From an uncultured Planctomycetota bacterium (lineage in GTDB: Bacteria; Planctomycetota; Planctomycetia; Pirellulales; Lacipirellulaceae), in the NCBI GenBank assembly GCA_963719315.1, contig CAVRBU010000002.1, forward strand, positions 352,001 to 416,000: a stretch of 64,000 bases of DNA, read 5' to 3'. Shown in pieces: positions 57,774-64,000 of the stretch (position 1 is its first letter; each line of letters opens with the position of its first letter). The position numbers and the translations under genes were made by a program. Under the pieces are notes generated by a model, which worked only from the letters and a program-made list of their open reading frames with translations, searched no databases and was not told the origin of the DNA.

Positions 57774-58952
57774 TACCCTACGCGGCCAGCAATGAGACAT
57801 CTTCGAATCGCTGAAAGTTGAGCGTCATGAGGGATTTGAGGGGTTCGGCGTGGCGGGTTGCGAGGTCGGCGATTGTTTCTTGGATGGCGGCTTGAAACTC
57901 TTGAAATCCGGGATGGTAACGCCCATAGATGGCCCGCCGCTTGATGAACTTCCAAAGCCGTTCGATGAGGTTCAGGTTCGGCGAGTAGGAGGGCAGGAAC
58001 AGCAGCGTGATTTCCAGTTGCGTCGCCAACGCTTGCACCGCGGCGTTACGTTGGTAGCGAGCGTTGTCCAGCACCAACGTGATCGGTCCGGCCAGACCGA
58101 GGGCAGCGATCTTCCGCAACAGCTCGCACATCGTTTCCGTGTTGACGACCGTGGTGTTGGTCACGCTTACCAGTTCGCGGGTCACGGCGTTCCAGGCTCC
58201 CAGGACATTGAACCGCTGGCGGCCCGAGGCGGCCCGCACGAAGATTCGCGTGAACGACCACAAGCAGCACAGGAACGTCCCGTACACAAAGTGGGCCGCA
58301 TCGACGAAGAAGACGTGTCCCCGCCCTCGGGCGGCGGCGTCGAGGCGGGGCTTCAGTTCGAACGTCGTGAAACAGGGCCTGCGCGGCGACATGCTGGGCC
58401 AAGTTTTTTTGGGCGGCACGGGGAGCGCCCGGACCCGCTGCCACTTGAGTCCCATGTCTTTCAGGAACTTGCGAGTTTGCGACAGTCCCCGCCGCAGGCC
58501 GGTCAGTTGGTAAATGCGTTCGCAGGCTTCCGCGGTCGTGCGGACCGGCTGGTTCTCGAACAACGCGCGGATCACGTCGCGATAGGCGGCCAAGTCGCTC
58601 ACGGGCCCTTGCACATTCCACCGCCGCAGACCCTCCAACCCGCCATCACGATAGGCCGCAACGTACCGCCCGACGGTCGCCACTCCGACCCCCGCCAATT
58701 TCGCCGCCTGGGATCGCTTCAAACCACACTGCAGCGACCACAACACCAGCATCTTGCGGCGGACATGCGACTCCGGATGAGACTCCCGCTCGGCCGCGAC
58801 AATTCGCTGTTCCTCTTCCGTCAATCGGACTCGAAACCAAGCCATGACAGCCCTCCTTGCCAGCAACACGCCATCCTCCTCGATGGCGACATAAGGGCCT
58901 TGTACAACAAATCAGCTACTCGGGAACAGATCATTTATCCCCACGCAGGGTA
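57774..58952 (-). mobile_element. IS630-family insertion sequence
   Basis: TA duplication (57772-57773, 58953-58954); imperfect IRs TACCCTACGCGG / TACCCTGCGTGG. Confidence 0.93.
57778..58845 (-). CDS. IS630 transposase
   Basis: HTH N-terminus; FVDAAHF, LVLDNARYQ, LPSYSPNLNLIERLW; AGGAGG RBS; A7 slippery run at 58404-58410. Confidence 0.93.
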   Translation of the reverse strand: MAWFRVRLTEEEQRIVAAERESHPESHVRRKMLVLWSLQCGLKRSQAAKLAGVGVATVGRYVAAYRDGGLEGLRRWNVQGPVSDLAAYRDVIRALFENQPVRTTAEACERIYQLTGLRRGLSQTRKFLKDMGLKWQRVRALPVPPKKTWPSMSPRRPCFTTFELKPRLDAAARGRGHVFFVDAAHFVYGTFLCCLWSFTRIFVRAASGRQRFNVLGAWNAVTRELVSVTNTTVVNTETMCELLRKIAALGLAGPITLVLDNARYQRNAAVQALATQLEITLLFLPSYSPNLNLIERLWKFIKRRAIYGRYHPGFQEFQAAIQETIADLATRHAEPLKSLMTLNFQRFEDVSLLAA

Positions 58953-61369
58953 TAGGTCTCGACTTGAAGATGCGATTCGCTCATTATCGACGACCGACAG
59001 CGACGTAACAGCGTCAGTGTGTCCACGTAATATCTCAGGCTTTCCGGTGCCGTCGGTATTCCAAACGCGAATACTCCCGTCCTTGCCGCCGACAATGATG
59101 AACGACTCATCGGCGGAAAAAGCAACAGACGTAGGTTCTACGCCGCCGTTCAAGAATTCTCGAATCTTATTACCCGACGCTACATCCCAAAGAACTGCGC
59201 CGTTTCCTCCGCCACTTAGAAGGCGTGTATTTTCCCGATTGAAGACGACACAGCGGACGGGCCCGCCGTGGCCCCGTAGTAAATGCGCGAGTTCCCAGGT
59301 CTTCGTATTCCACAACTTAACAGCGTCTTCGCCAATGTGACCACCTGCGCCAGAAGCCAACCACGTCCCGTCTGAACTAAATGAGAGCGAGTTTACCGGC
59401 TCCACTTGCCCCTGCATTTGAGCCGTCACTTTATCCTCTGCAAGATTTACGATTGAGATGGTGAACTTGGGCGGGTCAGAATAGTTAGAATTTGACACTG
59501 CTACTAAATTATGCGTTGGATCAATGGCGACGGCTTCGGTCTGGAGCTCGAGGCCATGGATTGTATGAGCTGCAATCCGCTTTCCACTCGACGTATCAGT
59601 CAAGAATAAATTCAGCGCTAGACCCCCTGAGGCCCAGATAAGTATCTTGGAGTCGTGGCTCAATGCCGCCGATCCAACACCTGCTGAGAGTTTGGGTGAA
59701 GTCGCAATTGAACGATCCAGACATCGGTGGAGGAAAGCGAATTCCCAACCTCGTAATGCAACCGGAGCTATATCAAGCACTCCCCGAGCGGCTGAGTTAT
59801 TCGCTTCAACTCCTGACCAGCACGGAGTATCGCTAGCCCGTAAAGGTGACGTTCAGCTTCTGATTTAGCTTTTTCAAGGGCGACAATTTGATCTCCAGCG
59901 CGCTTTCGCTCATACTCCGCCTCTTTTTGTCTCGATCGAGCCACATTCGCTTGCCCTTGTGCATCGACCGCGAAATACGTAGCCACGATCGCGCCACTTA
60001 ATAGCGCAAGCACAACTGATGCCAACAGGACTGAGACGAGCTTGTTGCGGCGAACCCACCGAATCGCTCGCTTAGGTCGACTCACTGGGCGTGCGCGAAT
60101 TGGCTCGCCCCTCAAAAACCGCCTTACCTCATCAGTTAGCTGGCGCGCCGACTCATATCGGCGCACCGCATCCTTTTCCATGCACTTGAGCGTGATAGTT
60201 TCAAGATCTTTGACGTTTGCATTGAGCGTTCGCGGGCTCGGGGGATCGTCGTGGAGGACTTGGTGCATCAGCATCCGTGGATTACCGCGAAAAGGTAGTT
60301 CCCCCGTGAGGAGCTGGAACAGGATCACTCCCAACGAATAGACATCGCTGCGCCGGTCGGCAGTGTGGGCTTCGCCTTGGGCCTGTTCGGGCGACATGTA
60401 GGCGGGGGTGCCGAGGACCTGGCCATCAATCGTGACGGTGACTTCGCCCACTTCGCGGCGAGCAAGGCCGAAGTCCATGAGGTGGGGCTGGCCGTCGCCG
60501 TCGATCATGATGTTGGCGGGCTTTAGGTCGCGGTGGACGACGCCTTTTTCGTGGGCATGGTGGAGGGCGTCGGCGATTTTGGCGCACAGTTCGGCCGCTT
60601 CGCGGCTGGTGGGCCGCTGGTCGGTGAGCCAGTCGCCGAGCGTGACGCCGCGGACGAAGTCGCTGACGATGTAGACGCTGTCGCCGTCGCGGCCGACTTC
60701 GTGGACGCTGACGATGCTGGGATGGCGGAGTTGAGCAGCGGCGCGGGCTTCGCGGAAGAATTTCTCCTGGTCCTCGGCCGACATGTCGCCAGCCCGCGGA
60801 ATTTTGATCGCGACCGTGCGGTCGAGCTCTTTATCGCGGGCTTTCCAGACACTGCCGAAGCCGCCGACGCCGAGGCGCTCGATCAGTTCGAAGCGGCCCA
60901 GCTTCGTGAGCGATGGCGCCATCCGCGTTGCTTTGCTTTGATCGACGAGGCTGAAGTGGCTGCCGCAGGCGCTGCAGGTGAGGTCGGTGAGCGTCGTATC
61001 GACGGCGACTTCGGTCGGTTGATGGCAGTTCGGGCAGCGGACTTCGAGGCGGCCGGCGCCGGTATCAGCATCTCGATGGGAACGAGTTTCGACCTCCGGG
61101 CTGACAGGCAGCACGGCCCGGTCTCGCGCCGGCAATCAGGCGGAGTTTGCGCAGCTCTTCTGCCAATTCCGACATCAACTCTGAATGCGCGGCGATCAGA
61201 GCATCGTCCGTGACGGCCTCGCCGGCCGCGCGGCGACGGAGGCAATCGTCGATCACATCGCGGATGCGGGCAGCTTTGTCGGCGCCGTCGGTTGATGATG
61301 TTGCTTCGGACATTTGTCGGTTATTGCCGAATCCTTCCCTGGCCCCTCCCTACAAGGGAGTGGAAATTG

Positions 61370-61990
61370 TTATCCGCTGCTGAACCACCGCGAGGAGCGG
61401 CCCATGGCCTCGGCGAGGTTTTTCTTGCCGCGATGCACGAGACCTCGGATGGCCGCTTCGGTGCGACCCGTTTTGGCGGCGATTTCCTCAATGGTTTTGT
61501 GCTCCAGGAAGTGGAGGCGAATGACTTGTTGCTGGTCTTCGGGCAGGCCGGCGATCGCGATCCGCATCGCCTGTATGGCCTCTTTGCCGGCGGCCGCTTT
61601 GCTGGGCGAATCCGAATCGCGACACACCACGTCGAACAACTCGCGGATCGAGTTTTCGCTACCAAAAGCGGTGTTAGAAACCTGGTGTGCTCCACCGCGA
61701 TCGAGCTTGCGCAGCTCGTCGATGAGGCGGTGGTCGGCGATCGTGCGGAGCCAGGCAAAGAAAGCGCCGTCGCCACGGGGCTCAAATTTGCGAATATCGC
61801 GAAACGCCTGCGAGAAGACGGTTTGCAGGATGTCTTCGACGCCGAAATGCTTGCGAGCGGCGGCCGAAATTTTGGGCGCGATGTGTCGCTCAAGCGTTCC
61901 GTAATGGCTCCACAGCAGGTGCTCCAACGCCGCGGAATCGCCCGCAATGGCGGATTCGACCTGGACCGATTCGGGGGCAAATTCAGACAT
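61370..61990 (-). CDS. ECF sigma factor upstream of the kinase
   Basis: GVEDILQT...FFAWLRTIA; LPEDQQQVIRLHFLEHKTIEEIA...AIRGLVHRG. Confidence 0.9.
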   Translation of the reverse strand: MSEFAPESVQVESAIAGDSAALEHLLWSHYGTLERHIAPKISAAARKHFGVEDILQTVFSQAFRDIRKFEPRGDGAFFAWLRTIADHRLIDELRKLDRGGAHQVSNTAFGSENSIRELFDVVCRDSDSPSKAAAGKEAIQAMRIAIAGLPEDQQQVIRLHFLEHKTIEEIAAKTGRTEAAIRGLVHRGKKNLAEAMGRSSRWFSSG

Positions 61991-62237
61991 AGGCTCAGTC
62001 GCCGCAAGAGTAGTCCGTCGCACGGCGGATTTCGTAAGCCGAAACGCCGCTCGATTTTACGCTTGCGGCTCGGCCGGATGCAAGCAATTAGAGCGTGTTT
62101 TGGAGGGACGGGGGTGGAGAAAACCAGGCCTACAAATTCTTTTTTGCTGTCGCGCGCGCTTGGCGGCGATCCCTCGCTTTGACTCTTGGGTCGAATGGAC
62201 CCGGTTTCAAAACCCCCCATTTATCAGGGAGCACACC

Positions 62238-63002
62238 ATGTTCGCCAAGAGATTTAAGATTCAAATGGTATTGATCGTGTTTGTGAGCCAAATGTCATCC
62301 GCGTTCGCTTGGGAAGCCGGCCAGTACGGTGAGCCTTCGGAGTATTTCCAACCGGTGTCGCCGTTGTCGCCGGAGCTGGGGTTTTCGTACCACCATGCTT
62401 CGACGGCCTGGGAAGGGGCGCTGCGGGGTGAAGCCGAGGTACTGCACGCGACCGGCAGTTACTGGCTCGCCATTACGCAGGCGCTTATCTGCCGCGAGCA
62501 GGCTCGGGCGCTGGCTCTCGGCAACCGCCAGAGGTGGATTGAACACTGCATCGCCTCGCGAAATCGGCGAGCGCTGGAGCGCGACCGTCGCAGTAGCGAG
62601 CAGCGACGAGCGAACGAGGAAAGTTGGTCAGCGAGGTTTGCCGTTTATCGGCTGGATGACGATCAGCTCGACCGAACCACCGGCGCGATCGAGTGGCCTA
62701 GCGCTCTGAAGCCTGCCGAGTACGCCAAGCTGCGAGGGCGCTTGGAGGAATTGTTCCGAGGACAAGCCGGCTATGGAGCAGTGCCCTTCACGGGGTCGGA
62801 TATTGTGCGATGCACCAATACCTTCAGTGACGAGTTACGACGCCACCGATTTGAAATCGACCGCGTAGAGTACCTCGCAGCACAGAAGTTTCTGAGCGGG
62901 CTGAAGTATGAAGCGGAGCTGGGGCTGGTGCGAACGGGGTTGGAAGACCCGCGCGAATCGGAGACCGCGTCAGTCAGTATCGCGGTGGCTCAGCTCAATT
63001 GA
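62238..63002 (+). CDS. secreted hypothetical protein
   Basis: Signal peptide ending SSAFA; GGGAG RBS; helical C-terminus (LD..TG.IEWP). Confidence 0.7.
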   Translation: MFAKRFKIQMVLIVFVSQMSSAFAWEAGQYGEPSEYFQPVSPLSPELGFSYHHASTAWEGALRGEAEVLHATGSYWLAITQALICREQARALALGNRQRWIEHCIASRNRRALERDRRSSEQRRANEESWSARFAVYRLDDDQLDRTTGAIEWPSALKPAEYAKLRGRLEELFRGQAGYGAVPFTGSDIVRCTNTFSDELRRHRFEIDRVEYLAAQKFLSGLKYEAELGLVRTGLEDPRESETASVSIAVAQLN

Positions 63003-63081
63003 AGTGACTGCGCACAGTCCCGGGACGTTCGCCACCTGCCTCCTGCGGCGTCTCGGGACTTCTGCTTGCGCTAATGGCAAA

Positions 63082-64000
63082 CTACTCCTGCTCGGGCCGG
63101 CTTCCGAGGACGGGCGTAAGTTTTAGATGTTTGTCATTGCGGATGATTTCGATTTCAATCTTGTCGCCTGGCTGATGCTGGGCAATGCGGGCAGTGAGGC
63201 GGTCGAAGTCTGGGAGAGGTTGGCCGTCGAGCGTGGCGATGACGTCACCGTTAACGATCCCGGCGTTGGCGGCGGCGCTGCCGGGCTGAACCAAAATGAC
63301 GGATACGCCAGCCGCATGATTTTCGGCCGCCACTCCCAAGAGCGCTTGATTGCGAACGTAAACGACCGCCTCGGGATGCTTGCTCTTAACTGCATCGACG
63401 GCGGCGGGAGTCACTTTCGTATCGAAGAGTTGCAGGTAAGCTAACTTTTCCTTTTCGGCAAAAAGCTTCACAATTTCGTCATTGATCGGCGCTCCGACCA
63501 AACGGAAATGGCGGTACTGCCGCAATTGCGCGACTTGTCGAAAATCCTCGACCGTGCCATGCCACTTTTCGCCGAGCTGGACAATCAGCACGGGCACCAT
63601 GGCCGACTCGACCGGCTCGAGTTGCGAAGCCAATTCGGCGCCGAGCGGTCCGAGCCGCTGCTCACAAACGGCTACGCTGCGTTCAGTGAGCTCGGCGTCG
63701 GCTTTGGAAACAATGGCGGGGTGATTCTGTAATTGCACAAGCCGCTCCAGCGCCGCCAGTGCGAGCTCGTTATCGCGGGAGCGGCCCAGGCGGCGGAGAA
63801 TCCAGATTGCGCGATCGGCGGGCTCGGGGCGGTTGCCGTTCGCCACGACGAGCAACTGGTCGAGCGTCGCAAGGCCGGCGTCTAATAAGTGCTGCGTCGC
63901 CTCTTCGCGTGCGCGGTAGCGGGCGTTGTCCAAATCCTTGATCCAGGCCGCGATTTCGCTGGCGGTTGAGGGCTTGGCATCGCTCGCAGCCGCAGGCTCC
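63082..64000 (-). CDS. PDZ domain protein (5' end outside window)
   Basis: ALLGV...VQPGSAAANAGIVNGDVI...GDKIEIEIIR; upstream LRR-like segment. Confidence 0.8.
   Translation of the reverse strand, partial: EPAAASDAKPSTASEIAAWIKDLDNARYRAREEATQHLLDAGLATLDQLLVVANGNRPEPADRAIWILRRLGRSRDNELALAALERLVQLQNHPAIVSKADAELTERSVAVCEQRLGPLGAELASQLEPVESAMVPVLIVQLGEKWHGTVEDFRQVAQLRQYRHFRLVGAPINDEIVKLFAEKEKLAYLQLFDTKVTPAAVDAVKSKHPEAVVYVRNQALLGVAAENHAAGVSVILVQPGSAAANAGIVNGDVIATLDGQPLPDFDRLTARIAQHQPGDKIEIEIIRNDKHLKLTPVLGSRPEQE

Larger units (their letters stand above)
56620..61313 (-). pseudogene. Ser/Thr kinase (zinc ribbon, kinase, TM, WD40 repeats) interrupted by IS630; frameshifts at about 61125 and 59808
   Basis: CPNC...CSAC; LGVGGFGSVW, HRDLKPAN, DFG, GTPAYMSPEQ; WD40 ORFs 58935-59780 and 56620-57642 join in frame (SSRDL|TIREWQ...LRGHE) once the IS is removed. 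Confidence 0.88.

Noticed and set aside
57850..59340. 496-aa + strand ORF
   Set aside because: Antisense to the IS630 transposase and WD40 gene and crosses the IS boundary.

Overview
Chromosomal segment of a GC-rich Planctomycete, probably Pirellulales/Lacipirellulaceae-like. The assignment rests on DUF1559 prepilin proteins, a LEARQMLS planctomycete leader, PEP-CTERM proteins with GDYN.NG.VD..DY..WR repeats, and ECF sigma/Ser-Thr kinase pairs. In order, the window holds: thiC (partial), a metallophosphoesterase, a PEP-CTERM protein, an alpha/beta hydrolase, and recA with a clear sigma70 promoter. Next is a 14-kb co-oriented module: ECF sigma, Ser/Thr kinase-TPR, a double PEP-CTERM 'polyprotein', a large surface protein clipped by an IS5/IS1182-type element, DUF1559 and another PEP-CTERM gene. 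DksA-like, YiiX-like and VWA genes follow. Then comes a large nucleoside salvage/catabolism cluster (secreted EEP enzyme, upp, hpt, cdd, pdp, two PNPs, deoC, amn, deaminase) with a DUF1559/lipoprotein/PEP-CTERM triad embedded in it. The rest is a T2SS/pseudopilus operon without a secretin, a MerR-HTH/MEDS/PAS hybrid histidine kinase, sthA, polX, and a second ECF/kinase-WD40 pair disrupted by IS630. About eight small (mostly single-base) frameshifts suggest an error-prone long-read consensus. The most notable candidates are the tandem PEP-CTERM/signal-peptide polyprotein, a putative DUF1559-based nucleic-acid utilisation locus, and the DNA-binding hybrid kinase. No rRNA, tRNA or CRISPR array was recognised. 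All calls come from reading motifs by eye; no database searches were run.
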